Positions 18,042-28,067 of a stretch of 64,000 nucleotides of DNA are shown here, piece after piece. The first letter of the stretch is position 1; each line of letters starts with the position of its first letter. Origin of the DNA: a bacterium (GTDB taxonomy: Bacteria; Patescibacteriota; Patescibacteriia; JAGPKW01); assembly GCA_021780535.1 (NCBI GenBank), contig JAJXYN010000012.1, positions 5,688 to 69,687 of the forward strand, written 5' to 3'. Both the position numbers and the translations under genes were made by a program. The notes beneath the pieces were generated by a model. That model worked only from the letters and a program-made list of their open reading frames with translations, was not told where the DNA came from and made no database searches.

Positions 18042-20804
18042 ATGTCTATATTAAAAAAGATTTTAGGAGATCCAAATAAAAAATTGATTGATAAAACACA
18101 ACCAATTATTGATAAAATTAATGAATTAGAGCAGAAATATTCAATAATGTCTGATGACGAACTTAAGAATCAAACAAACATATTTAAAGAAAAAATAAAC
18201 TCTTCTTCTGATAAAGATAAAACATTGGATGAAATATTGCCAGATGCTTTTGCTGTTGCTCGTGAAGCTGGTAAAAGAGCTCTTGGAATGAGGCATTTTG
18301 ATGTCCAATTAATAGCGGGATATTTTTTACATAAGGGGTATATAGCAGAAATGAGAACTGGTGAGGGAAAGACTTTAGTTGCTACATTGCCAGCTTATTT
18401 AAATGCTTTAACTGGTGATGGTGTTCATGTTGTTACTGTTAATGATTATCTTGCAAAAAGAGATTCTGAATGGATGGGGAAACTTTATACATTTTTAGGT
18501 GTTTCTACTTCTTTTGTTGGACATATGACAAGTTTAAAATTGGAATATGTTACTAACCCTGAAGATGGAAGTGTTAATTTAGAATTTGTGCCGATATCAA
18601 GACAAGGTGCTTATGCTTGTGATATAACTTATGGTACAAATAATGAATTTGGTTTTGATTATTTAAGAGACAATATGGTTGTTGATTTAAATGATAAAAC
18701 TCAAAGAAAATTGAATTATACAATAGTTGATGAAGTTGATAGTATTTTGATTGATGAAGCTAGAACTCCTCTTATTATTTCTTCTGAAGCTTCTGAATCT
18801 GCTGATATGTATTATTCTTTTGCAAATATAGTTTCTAAATTACAAGACAAAGTTGATTATTCTATAGATGAAAAATTAAAATCAGCAACATTAACTGAAG
18901 CTGGATTAAAAACAGTAGAATCTACTTTAGGAGTTTCTAATATTTATACAAATGATGGGATTGCTATGGTTCATCATTTAGAAGAGGCTTTAAAAGCTAA
19001 GGCTTTGTTTATTAAAGATAAAGATTATGTAGTTAAAGATGGAGAAATTATTATTGTTGATGAATTTACTGGAAGAATGATGCCAGGAAGAAGGTATAGT
19101 GAGGGCTTGCACCAAGCTATAGAGGCTAAAGAATCTGTTGAAATAAAAAAAGAAAGCATGACTCTTGCTACTATAACTTTGCAAAATTATTTTAGAATAT
19201 ATAAAAAATTATCTGGTATGACTGGTACAGCTGTTACAGAGGCTGAAGAATTTGGGAAAATTTATAAATTGGAAGTTGTTGTAATACCAACAAATAAACC
19301 AAATATTAGAAAAGATTTGAATGATAAGATATTTAAAAATGAACACGGTAAGTTTCTTGCTGTTGTTGAAGAAATAAAGAAAAAGTATGAAATTGGTCAA
19401 CCAGTTTTGGTTGGTACTGTTTCTATAGAAAAAAATGAAATATTAAGTAATATGCTCGATAAAGCTGGCATACCACATAATGTTCTTAATGCTAAAAATC
19501 ATGAAAGGGAAGCTGATATTATTGCTCAAGCTGGTAAATTTAAAGCCGTTACAATAGCTACTAATATGGCTGGTCGTGGTGTTGATATTGTGCTTGGTGG
19601 TAATCCTCAAAACCCAGAAGAATCAATTAAAGTAAAAGAACTTGGTGGTCTTTGTGTTTTTGGTACTGAAAGACATGAATCAAGAAGAATTGATAATCAA
19701 CTTAGAGGACGTGCTGGTCGTCAGGGTGATATGGGATCTACTCAGTTTTTCATTTCGTTAGAAGATGATTTGATGAGAATTTTTGGGTCTGAAAGAATAA
19801 AATTAATGATGGAGGGCATGGGTATTCCTGATGATATGCCTATTGAAAATGGAATGATTTCCAGATCTATAGAATCTGCTCAAAAAAGAGTGGAAGGTCA
19901 TAATTTTGATATCAGAAAACATCTTGTTGAATATGATGATGTTATTAATAATCATAGAAATATTGTTTATAAAAAAAGAGATGAAATATTAGAACATGCT
20001 GATAAATCTCGTGAAACAATTATTGGATTTATTGAAGAAGAAATATTTAAAATAGTTAATGTTCATACAGCAAATGAAGATTATAAAGTTTGGGATATTG
20101 AAGCTATGATTCAATCTATTAATTCTATGTTTGTTTCAAAGGTTGATTTAAAAAATGAAATTCAATTAATTTTAAATCAAGGAAATACAACATCTGAAAA
20201 TAAGAAGAATGAAATATCAAAAAAAATATTTCAATTAGCTGAAGAATCTTATGTTAGTTTAGAAAATGAAATTACTCCTGAATTTTTAAGGCAAATAGAA
20301 AAACAAATGTTATTAAAAATTATTGATAATCTTTGGATAGAACATTTGGATAATATTAATGATCTTAGAATGGGAGTTGGACTTCGTGGTTATGGTCAAA
20401 GAGATCCGCTTGTTGAATATAAGCGTGATGCTTTTCTTATGTTTACCTCTTTAATTAGTAATATAAGATCTCAGGCTGCTTACACTATGTTTAAGGTTAA
20501 AATGATTACTAATATTGAAAATCCTCAAGCTCAAAATCCAGCTGAAATAAATGACGTACAAGAAATAGGCCCTGAAGAAGTAGATCAATTTTCTGAAGTA
20601 AATGAATTATCTTCTGATAAAGTCTTAGCAGGTAAGGAAAAAATAGAAAATTTTTTGGGATTAAATAATGATGATGTGAGAAAAAAAATGGAAGCCGAAG
20701 TTTCTAAAAATGATTTTATTGAATATGGTGATTCTAAAACTGGTAGAAATGATTTATGTCCTTGTGGATCTGGACTTAAATATAAAAAGTGTCACGGTAA
20801 GTAA
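18042..20804 (+). CDS. secA: preprotein translocase ATPase SecA
   Basis: 920 aa with the N-terminal SecA motor (MRHFDVQLIAG...MRTGEGKTLVATL) and the C-terminal zinc-binding CPCGSGLKYKKCHG. Confidence 0.95.
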   Translation: MSILKKILGDPNKKLIDKTQPIIDKINELEQKYSIMSDDELKNQTNIFKEKINSSSDKDKTLDEILPDAFAVAREAGKRALGMRHFDVQLIAGYFLHKGYIAEMRTGEGKTLVATLPAYLNALTGDGVHVVTVNDYLAKRDSEWMGKLYTFLGVSTSFVGHMTSLKLEYVTNPEDGSVNLEFVPISRQGAYACDITYGTNNEFGFDYLRDNMVVDLNDKTQRKLNYTIVDEVDSILIDEARTPLIISSEASESADMYYSFANIVSKLQDKVDYSIDEKLKSATLTEAGLKTVESTLGVSNIYTNDGIAMVHHLEEALKAKALFIKDKDYVVKDGEIIIVDEFTGRMMPGRRYSEGLHQAIEAKESVEIKKESMTLATITLQNYFRIYKKLSGMTGTAVTEAEEFGKIYKLEVVVIPTNKPNIRKDLNDKIFKNEHGKFLAVVEEIKKKYEIGQPVLVGTVSIEKNEILSNMLDKAGIPHNVLNAKNHEREADIIAQAGKFKAVTIATNMAGRGVDIVLGGNPQNPEESIKVKELGGLCVFGTERHESRRIDNQLRGRAGRQGDMGSTQFFISLEDDLMRIFGSERIKLMMEGMGIPDDMPIENGMISRSIESAQKRVEGHNFDIRKHLVEYDDVINNHRNIVYKKRDEILEHADKSRETIIGFIEEEIFKIVNVHTANEDYKVWDIEAMIQSINSMFVSKVDLKNEIQLILNQGNTTSENKKNEISKKIFQLAEESYVSLENEITPEFLRQIEKQMLLKIIDNLWIEHLDNINDLRMGVGLRGYGQRDPLVEYKRDAFLMFTSLISNIRSQAAYTMFKVKMITNIENPQAQNPAEINDVQEIGPEEVDQFSEVNELSSDKVLAGKEKIENFLGLNNDDVRKKMEAEVSKNDFIEYGDSKTGRNDLCPCGSGLKYKKCHGK

Positions 20805-20814
20805 AATAAAAATT

Positions 20815-20848
20815 GGCAACGCTTTTTGTGGCGTTGCCTTTGTTTTTT
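20815..20848 (+). terminator. terminator after secA (bidirectional)
   Basis: GGCAACGC-tttttgtg-GCGTTGCC followed by TTTGTTTTTT. Confidence 0.65.
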
Positions 20849-20854
20849 GGAGTT

Positions 20855-21085
20855 TTACATATTTTGAATTATTTGTAATTCTTGCAAACATGCTTTTACC
20901 GTTGTGATGTCTGCATCTGGATTTGTTCCTAGTTTGGTTACAAATATTATTAAATGCTCGAGCCGATTCATTGTATTTTCATATTCTTGTTTGCTTATAA
21001 TAGAGATTTTTTGATCTTCTATTAAAGATATTAATCCATCAAAAAGCTCATTTATACATTCTAAAGACTCTTCCTTTTGCGTCAT
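20855..21085 (-). CDS. hypothetical small protein (76 aa)
   Basis: ORF only. Confidence 0.3.
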   Translation of the reverse strand: MTQKEESLECINELFDGLISLIEDQKISIISKQEYENTMNRLEHLIIFVTKLGTNPDADITTVKACLQELQIIQNM

Positions 21086-21270
21086 TTTGATTACTCCTTA
21101 TTATTTTTTATATATTAAAAATTGTAAAAAGTCAAGTTTATTTTATTGTTACTAAATGTTTTTTATATCGTTATATTATTAATAGGTGTATTAAAATAAG
21201 ATTTCAACATCTTATTTTTTTATTTGTTTGCGCTATAATTCAAATTATATATTATTAAAATCAAAATATT

Positions 21271-24200
21271 ATGAATAAGAAATTATTTTTTATTATTTCT
21301 GCTGGAATAATGTTTTTAGTAATTTCTTCCTTTTTGTTGTGGAATTTTGTATTAAAGAATAAATTTCTTGATAATAATGTTTTGGATCGTTATAAAAATG
21401 AATTCTCTCTATCTAATAACAATTTAAAATATGAACCATTTTTTTTAGTTCCAAGTAAAGTTTCAGAAGGTGGTTATATTTCTATTTCTGTTCCATCTGG
21501 CTTCACCGAAGAAGATGTAAAAAATAGTTTAAAATTTAATCCTGAAATAAAAGGTGATTTTGTTGATTTGAAAAATGATAAAAAAATAGGATTTAAGCCT
21601 AGTTCTGATTTAAAAATAGGGCAAGTTTTTGCTGCTTCTGTTACTTCTTCTTTAGGCTCTAATATGTCTGCTGATTTTGTTGTTGCCGAAAAACCAGAGA
21701 TATTAAATATTTTTCCAAATGAAGGAAGTGAGGTTGACCCGATGTCAAATATAACTATTATTTTTAATAGGCCAATAGTCCCATTGTCTATTGTTGATGT
21801 TATGGATAATGTTGATCTACCAATAACTATAACTCCAAAAACAGAAGGTAGATTTAAATGGATTAGTACCAATACTTTACAGTTTATACCTAATAACGGT
21901 CTTGTGTCTTCTAATAATTATAAGGTTCAAATTAATGATGGGTTTAATTCTACAGATGGTGTTAAAATAAAAGGTATAACAAGAACTTTTAAAACTAAAA
22001 TTTTAAGATATGATTCAATTGTTTCTAATAAATCTATTGTTGTTTATAATAATCCTTTTTCTATTAAATTTAATCAAAATTTTGATTTAGAAAAAACTAA
22101 AAAAGAAATTATATTAAAAGATTCAAATAATAATAATGTTGATTTTATTGCTGAATATGGATTAAATAATAAAGTTATAGATAAAACAGTATTAGTTGTT
22201 TATAAGAAACAAGATAAGTATGGAAGAAATAAATTTTGGGATTTTGAATCTAATTATTATTTAAAACTAAATAAAGCATATCCAGAAAATGGGGATATTA
22301 TTTTAGATAGTAGTTATGCTGTAAATATAGTAACAACTAAAGCTTATTCTCAAGTTTTTGCATTATCTGATAGAAGTAATTTGGTGCGAAATGATGTTTT
22401 TGATCCAAAAGGGAAATTAGCTATTAGTTTTTATGAAGATATTGATTTAGAAAAAACTATTTTTAATTCTGATAAAATTAAAAGTAAAGTTTATGCAAAA
22501 AAATGTAAAGATGAAGAATTAATAATGCCTAACTGTGATCAAGAGGATGATAAAAAAACTGTTTATTTAACATTTGATGATTCAAAAATAAAATTAGGTG
22601 AGAGTTTTAATATTAATTTGGAGAGCATTATTAATACTGCAGGTCTAAAAATTAATAATAACAATATCTCTATTTCTGTAAAAGCTTTTGATTCTTTAAA
22701 AATTCTTTCTACTTTTCCAAAAAACGGGAGTATTGGTTCTGATTTAAATACTTTTGTAATTTGTTCTAATAATCCATTAACACCACTACTTGTTGAAGAT
22801 GTTAAGAAACAATTTAAATCTAATATAGAATTTGAGCCTACTTATTTGCAAAATTCTTATTATGTTGATGCTGGTGCTGATAAAAATTATGTAAAATGTA
22901 ATATTGGAGAATATGAAACAAGATTATCTTATCTTGGCTTTGCTCCAAATTCAAATTATCAAATAGATTTTAATGTTTCTGATAATTTTGATCAGAATGC
23001 TAATTATTCTGTTAATTTCTCTACTACCAATGTAGATTATAAGACTTTAAATTTTTTTCATTATCAAGGGAAATATAATGTAACAACAAAAGATAAAACA
23101 AATTTAACTTTCGCTGGTTATAATATGGATTTTGTTGATATAAATGTGTGTAAGGTTACAGCGGAAGATATGCTTTATTATCTTACAAAAAATCCAAACT
23201 ATGCTGATAATAACTCTACTTTAAAATGTTTAAATTCCATAAATAAGCGTATAGATTTACCACGAAAATATTGGGTTAAAAATTATTTTAAAGTTGATTT
23301 AAAAGATTATTTTAATGAAGATTATGGTCATTATATTTTTAGCTTTACAAATCCTTTATATAAAGATTCTAGCGGGAAACAAGTCTATGAAAGAAGTTAT
23401 TTAACGGTTACGAATCTTGATGTTGTTGAGAAAAAAATCAATTCAGCCGAAGATTTAGAGCTTGGATCTGTGAATACAAGGGTTAATTATTTAAAAAATT
23501 TATATTTTGTAACTAAAATTTCTGATTTATCTAGTATTGCAAATGCTGATGTTGAAACTTATGTTACAGACAATTTAGCTAAAGATGGTAAAACGAAAGC
23601 TACAGATAAAGATATAAATTCTGGTAATTTTATTACTACCATTAGAAAAGTTTCAAGTAATAAAACTGGTAGTGATGGTGTTGCTAATGTTGAATCTGTA
23701 TATAAAGCAACTGGGGCTATTGTTAGAGTTGGAAATGATTCAGCTGTAATTACGAGTAATGAAAGTGGTTTGGGATATGCTAGTGATGCTTATAATTCAC
23801 AAGCTGTTTATCTTTATTCTGATAGACCTATCTATAAACCAGGGGATAGTGTTGGATTTAAAGGTATATATCGCATAGGTTATGATGGCGATTATCAAGT
23901 GTTTAAAGAGAAGAAAATCCCTGTAAAGATATATGATTCTAACAATAATGAGGTTTATAATAAAGAACTTGATGTTGATGATTTTGGATCTTTTTCTGGT
24001 TCATTTATTTTAAGTTCTAATGCTTCTGTTGGAACTTATAGAATAGAATCTAAAAATTATAATAGTTATAATTTTGATGTTCAAGAATATGTTCCAGCGG
24101 CTTTTAAAATTGATGCTAAAGTCAATAAAGATGAATTTATTGCTGGTGAAAACTTTAATATAGATTTAAATGCTAGTTATTATTTTGGAGCCCCACTTGA

Positions 24201-27200
24201 AAATGCAAAAGTTGATTATACTATTACGAGTACTGATTATTATTTTGATAAATATAAAGGAGATGGGTATTATAATTTTATAAATTCATCAGGTGATTAT
24301 TACAGAGATTATTTTGCTTATAGAGGTAGTACTGATCTTGTTAATGGTAAGGCTGTTATTAATGGGAAATTAGATTTTGAAAAATTTTTTAAAGAAGATA
24401 ATAGAGGTAGTAAAATATTTAATGTTTATATTAATATTACAAATTCTACTGGAAATTCTATAACAACTGTTAAATCTTTTATAGTTCATGCTGGTAAATA
24501 TTACATTGGCATAAATACTGATAAATATTTTCTTGGGAAAGGTGAAAATTTTAATTTAAAATTGAAAACCGTTGATACAAATGGAAATAAGGCTTCTCTT
24601 AATAATATTGATTTGAAAATTAATAAGGTTACTTGGATTTATAATAAAAGAAAAGAAGTTGATGGTTCTTATTATTATAACTGGGAAAGAAAGTATGATC
24701 TAATAAAGGAAATTACTGTTAATACAAATTCGTTAGGTGATTATTCTTCTAATTTTAATTTAAAAGATGAAGGAGAATATAATGCTGTTGCTACTTTTGA
24801 AGATGATAATGGTAACAATATTTCATCTTCTACTGATTTATATGTTTATGGTAGTGGAAGTGTTTCTATAAGACCTACAAATGATACAAGTTTAGACATG
24901 ACTGCTGAAAAAGTTGGTGATTTGAATGTCGGAGACAAAGCAAAAGTAATTATTAAATCCCCTTATAAAAATGCTAAAGCTTTTATATCTATTGAAAGGG
25001 GTAGGGTTTATTCTTATGAAATAGTTGATATTAATCAAAATATTTATGAATATTCTTTTGATTTAAAGAAAGAATATGCACCCAATGTTTACTTATCGGT
25101 TGTTTTAATTTCTTCTAAACCAGAATTAAAATATGGAAATTTAAGTTTTCAAGTTAATTCTAAAGATAAAGAATTAAATATTGATTTGAAAACAAATAAA
25201 GAAACGTATTTACCTGGTGAAAAAGTTTTTTGTGATATTAATGTCAATGATAGTAATGGAAAACCTGTTTCTACTGAATTATCTATGGCTGTTGTTGATA
25301 TGAGTGTTCTTGCGTTAAAGGGTAACCCTAAAAAAGATCCTGTTTCATATTTTTATAATTATTTTCCATTAAATGTGGCCACATCTTCTAATTTGAAAAA
25401 CATACTTAATGAAATTGATGTTGCTAATTCTACAAAAGGTGGGTCAGGAGCAGAGCCTGGAGATTTATCTAAAAAGAAAAGAGGAGAATTTAGAGATACT
25501 GCATTTTGGGGGTCTATTATAAATACGGATGCTAATGGGTTTGCTCATGTGGAATTTACATTGCCAGATAATCTTACAACTTGGCAAATAGAAACAGTTG
25601 GAGTTACAAAAGATACAAAATTAGGTGTTAATTACAAAGAATTCGTGTCAAAAAAAGAATTAATGTTAACACCTTTAAAACCTAGATTTGTTGTTATTGG
25701 TGATGAATTTCTTGTTGGTGCTAAACTATTTAATCAAACAGGGAACGATCAAATTGTAGATATTGCTTTTGATAGCGGTTATTTAGAATTTAAAGATCAG
25801 AAAAAAAATTTAAAAATAGAAATAAAAAATGGGGAAAGTAAAAATATTTATTTTAAAGTTTATGCCCCATTAACACTTAATATTGTCAATACTAATTTTT
25901 CAGTATCTGCTAAAAATTCTAAATATGAAGATTCTTTTGTTGATAGTATAAATATAAAAACTAATGATGTTTTTGAGACTACTGCTACTTCTTCATATTC
26001 TAAAAATAATGTAAAAGAATATATTTATTTGCCAGAAAATATTTCAAAAACAAAAGGAGAACTTACCGTTAATGCTAGTAATACATTATTTCCTTATATT
26101 AAATCAGCTGTAAAATATATATCAGAAACAAATGATAATTCAACAGAAGGGGTTATTTCTAAAATTATGACCGTATTAAGTTTGAAGAAATTAAATAATT
26201 TAAAACTTACAGATAATATTGATCAGATAAAATATAATAATATTTCTTACGGTATTGATGAAGTTATTCCTGTTTTGCTTTCTGATTTGTATAAAAATTA
26301 CAGAAAATATGATGGTTTTGTTTATTATGCTGATTCTTATTATGTTGATTATTATTTAAATCTTTATGCTTTTAATACATTGACTAGTCTTAAAGATAGT
26401 GGAATTACAATTTCTGATGATATTTATAAAGATTTACAATCAACTATATTGAATAAAATAAATAATAATAGCGATTTGTATTCTGATAAAAATACTATAA
26501 TTGCTACTACTTATTCATTATCAAATTCTTTAAAATATAATGTTATTAATATAGATAGTTTAACATCTATTATCAATGGGTATTTGAAAAATAATAAATT
26601 TTTAGAATTAGATTCTTCAAATTTTTCATTGATTTATTTGATTGATATTATTAATAATAATAAATTAGATAACAATAATATTGATAAAATTTATAATATT
26701 TTGGAAAATAGAATTCAATTTGATTCTCGTGGGGCTTTCTTGCAGCCAGTTAATCCTATTTTAAGATTATATGAAAATTCTGTTTCTGATACAGCTTTAT
26801 TTGTTGATGAATTTTCTAGTTTGAAAAAAGATTTTGTTTCTTATGATAAATTACTTATGTGGCTTAATTCATCAAAAAACAACGATGGATATTGGAATAA
26901 TGAGGTTAATACAAAGATGGTTATGAATGCTTTTATTTCTTATATGGAGTTTACTTCTTCTATTTCTTCTTCATTAAATACCACTACTAATCAAATAGAT
27001 ATTTTAGTTAATGATAAAAAAATCAATGGAAATGTTGTACCAATATCTAATTTAAAAACGGATTTACTCAATTCTGTTTCTATAAATAAAAGTGATAAAA
27101 ATACTGGTTTGTATTATGATATTGCACTTAAATATTATGTTCCAGCAAACCAGATTAGTAAAACAGATGAAGGATTTGTTATTGATAGGGGATTTTATAG

Positions 27201-27648
27201 ATTAAGTGATAAAAAATTTGAAAATAAGGTAAGTGATGCAAGGGTTGGGGAAGTTTTAAATGGAAGAATTGAAGTTGTTGTTCCGAAAGATAGAAATTAT
27301 GTGAATATTGATTCTTATATTCCTGCTGGGTTTGAACTTGTAAATTTTTCTTTTACTACTGAAAATCAAAATAATTATATTGATAATAAAAATAATCAAT
27401 ATAATCAATGGCAAAATTATTATATAGCTCCAGATGAACAAGATTTATATCCTGATTATCAAGAAATTAGAGATAATGAATTGTTTTTATTCAAGCAAAC
27501 ACTAACTCCTGGAATTTATAAATTTGATTATTATGTGAGGGCTTTAATTCCTGGTAAATATAGTTTTTTACCATCTTATATCTATGAAAAATATACTCCA
27601 GAAAATTTTGGAAGAACCGATGGATCTGAATTTGTTATAAATCAATAA
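21271..27648 (+). CDS. alpha-2-macroglobulin-family large extracellular protein (2,125 aa), N-terminally membrane-anchored, apparently thioester-less
   Basis: N-terminal TM/signal. It has MG-domain-type DRPIYKPGDSVGFKG and LPDNLTTWQIETVG (A2M 'PDSITTW'-like) motifs. No CxEQ thioester motif was found. Confidence 0.7.
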   Translation: MNKKLFFIISAGIMFLVISSFLLWNFVLKNKFLDNNVLDRYKNEFSLSNNNLKYEPFFLVPSKVSEGGYISISVPSGFTEEDVKNSLKFNPEIKGDFVDLKNDKKIGFKPSSDLKIGQVFAASVTSSLGSNMSADFVVAEKPEILNIFPNEGSEVDPMSNITIIFNRPIVPLSIVDVMDNVDLPITITPKTEGRFKWISTNTLQFIPNNGLVSSNNYKVQINDGFNSTDGVKIKGITRTFKTKILRYDSIVSNKSIVVYNNPFSIKFNQNFDLEKTKKEIILKDSNNNNVDFIAEYGLNNKVIDKTVLVVYKKQDKYGRNKFWDFESNYYLKLNKAYPENGDIILDSSYAVNIVTTKAYSQVFALSDRSNLVRNDVFDPKGKLAISFYEDIDLEKTIFNSDKIKSKVYAKKCKDEELIMPNCDQEDDKKTVYLTFDDSKIKLGESFNINLESIINTAGLKINNNNISISVKAFDSLKILSTFPKNGSIGSDLNTFVICSNNPLTPLLVEDVKKQFKSNIEFEPTYLQNSYYVDAGADKNYVKCNIGEYETRLSYLGFAPNSNYQIDFNVSDNFDQNANYSVNFSTTNVDYKTLNFFHYQGKYNVTTKDKTNLTFAGYNMDFVDINVCKVTAEDMLYYLTKNPNYADNNSTLKCLNSINKRIDLPRKYWVKNYFKVDLKDYFNEDYGHYIFSFTNPLYKDSSGKQVYERSYLTVTNLDVVEKKINSAEDLELGSVNTRVNYLKNLYFVTKISDLSSIANADVETYVTDNLAKDGKTKATDKDINSGNFITTIRKVSSNKTGSDGVANVESVYKATGAIVRVGNDSAVITSNESGLGYASDAYNSQAVYLYSDRPIYKPGDSVGFKGIYRIGYDGDYQVFKEKKIPVKIYDSNNNEVYNKELDVDDFGSFSGSFILSSNASVGTYRIESKNYNSYNFDVQEYVPAAFKIDAKVNKDEFIAGENFNIDLNASYYFGAPLENAKVDYTITSTDYYFDKYKGDGYYNFINSSGDYYRDYFAYRGSTDLVNGKAVINGKLDFEKFFKEDNRGSKIFNVYINITNSTGNSITTVKSFIVHAGKYYIGINTDKYFLGKGENFNLKLKTVDTNGNKASLNNIDLKINKVTWIYNKRKEVDGSYYYNWERKYDLIKEITVNTNSLGDYSSNFNLKDEGEYNAVATFEDDNGNNISSSTDLYVYGSGSVSIRPTNDTSLDMTAEKVGDLNVGDKAKVIIKSPYKNAKAFISIERGRVYSYEIVDINQNIYEYSFDLKKEYAPNVYLSVVLISSKPELKYGNLSFQVNSKDKELNIDLKTNKETYLPGEKVFCDINVNDSNGKPVSTELSMAVVDMSVLALKGNPKKDPVSYFYNYFPLNVATSSNLKNILNEIDVANSTKGGSGAEPGDLSKKKRGEFRDTAFWGSIINTDANGFAHVEFTLPDNLTTWQIETVGVTKDTKLGVNYKEFVSKKELMLTPLKPRFVVIGDEFLVGAKLFNQTGNDQIVDIAFDSGYLEFKDQKKNLKIEIKNGESKNIYFKVYAPLTLNIVNTNFSVSAKNSKYEDSFVDSINIKTNDVFETTATSSYSKNNVKEYIYLPENISKTKGELTVNASNTLFPYIKSAVKYISETNDNSTEGVISKIMTVLSLKKLNNLKLTDNIDQIKYNNISYGIDEVIPVLLSDLYKNYRKYDGFVYYADSYYVDYYLNLYAFNTLTSLKDSGITISDDIYKDLQSTILNKINNNSDLYSDKNTIIATTYSLSNSLKYNVINIDSLTSIINGYLKNNKFLELDSSNFSLIYLIDIINNNKLDNNNIDKIYNILENRIQFDSRGAFLQPVNPILRLYENSVSDTALFVDEFSSLKKDFVSYDKLLMWLNSSKNNDGYWNNEVNTKMVMNAFISYMEFTSSISSSLNTTTNQIDILVNDKKINGNVVPISNLKTDLLNSVSINKSDKNTGLYYDIALKYYVPANQISKTDEGFVIDRGFYRLSDKKFENKVSDARVGEVLNGRIEVVVPKDRNYVNIDSYIPAGFELVNFSFTTENQNNYIDNKNNQYNQWQNYYIAPDEQDLYPDYQEIRDNELFLFKQTLTPGIYKFDYYVRALIPGKYSFLPSYIYEKYTPENFGRTDGSEFVINQ

Positions 27649-27653
27649 AAAGA

Positions 27654-27677
27654 AGCGGCCGAAAAGCCGCTTTTTGA
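27654..27677 (+). terminator. terminator after the A2M-like gene
   Basis: GCGGC-cgaaaa-GCCGC followed by TTTTT. Confidence 0.55.
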
Positions 27678-27692
27678 TTGTGCCCAACAAGA

Positions 27693-27995
27693 TTAGTAAA
27701 TTATTTGTTCTATTTCTTCTGAATATTTTGGATTTATTGCTATCATGCCGTCAACTAGAAAGGCTATTTGTTTTGATATTTTTTGTTCTCTTAATATAAT
27801 GTCATCTTGTTCGTTGTCTTTATATAATTCTTTGTTTTTATCTAATAAATTTTTTATTTTTATTGATATAAATAGATTTTCTCCTATGCAATTCAGTCCT
27901 ATTTTTCTCATCCATTGGATTAAATTTGTATATTGTATTAATAATTTATAAAATGTTTTTTTTGCTTCGTCTTCACAATAATTATTCGTACCCAC
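27693..27995 (-). CDS. hypothetical protein (100 aa)
   Basis: ORF only; sits between the A2M-like gene and the PBP gene. Confidence 0.35.
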   Translation of the reverse strand: MGTNNYCEDEAKKTFYKLLIQYTNLIQWMRKIGLNCIGENLFISIKIKNLLDKNKELYKDNEQDDIILREQKISKQIAFLVDGMIAINPKYSEEIEQIIY

Positions 27996-28067
27996 TTTGA
28001 TCCTCCCAGGATTAATTTAAATATAAATTGTAATAACAAAATTAAAAAAAGTCAAAATATATATTTT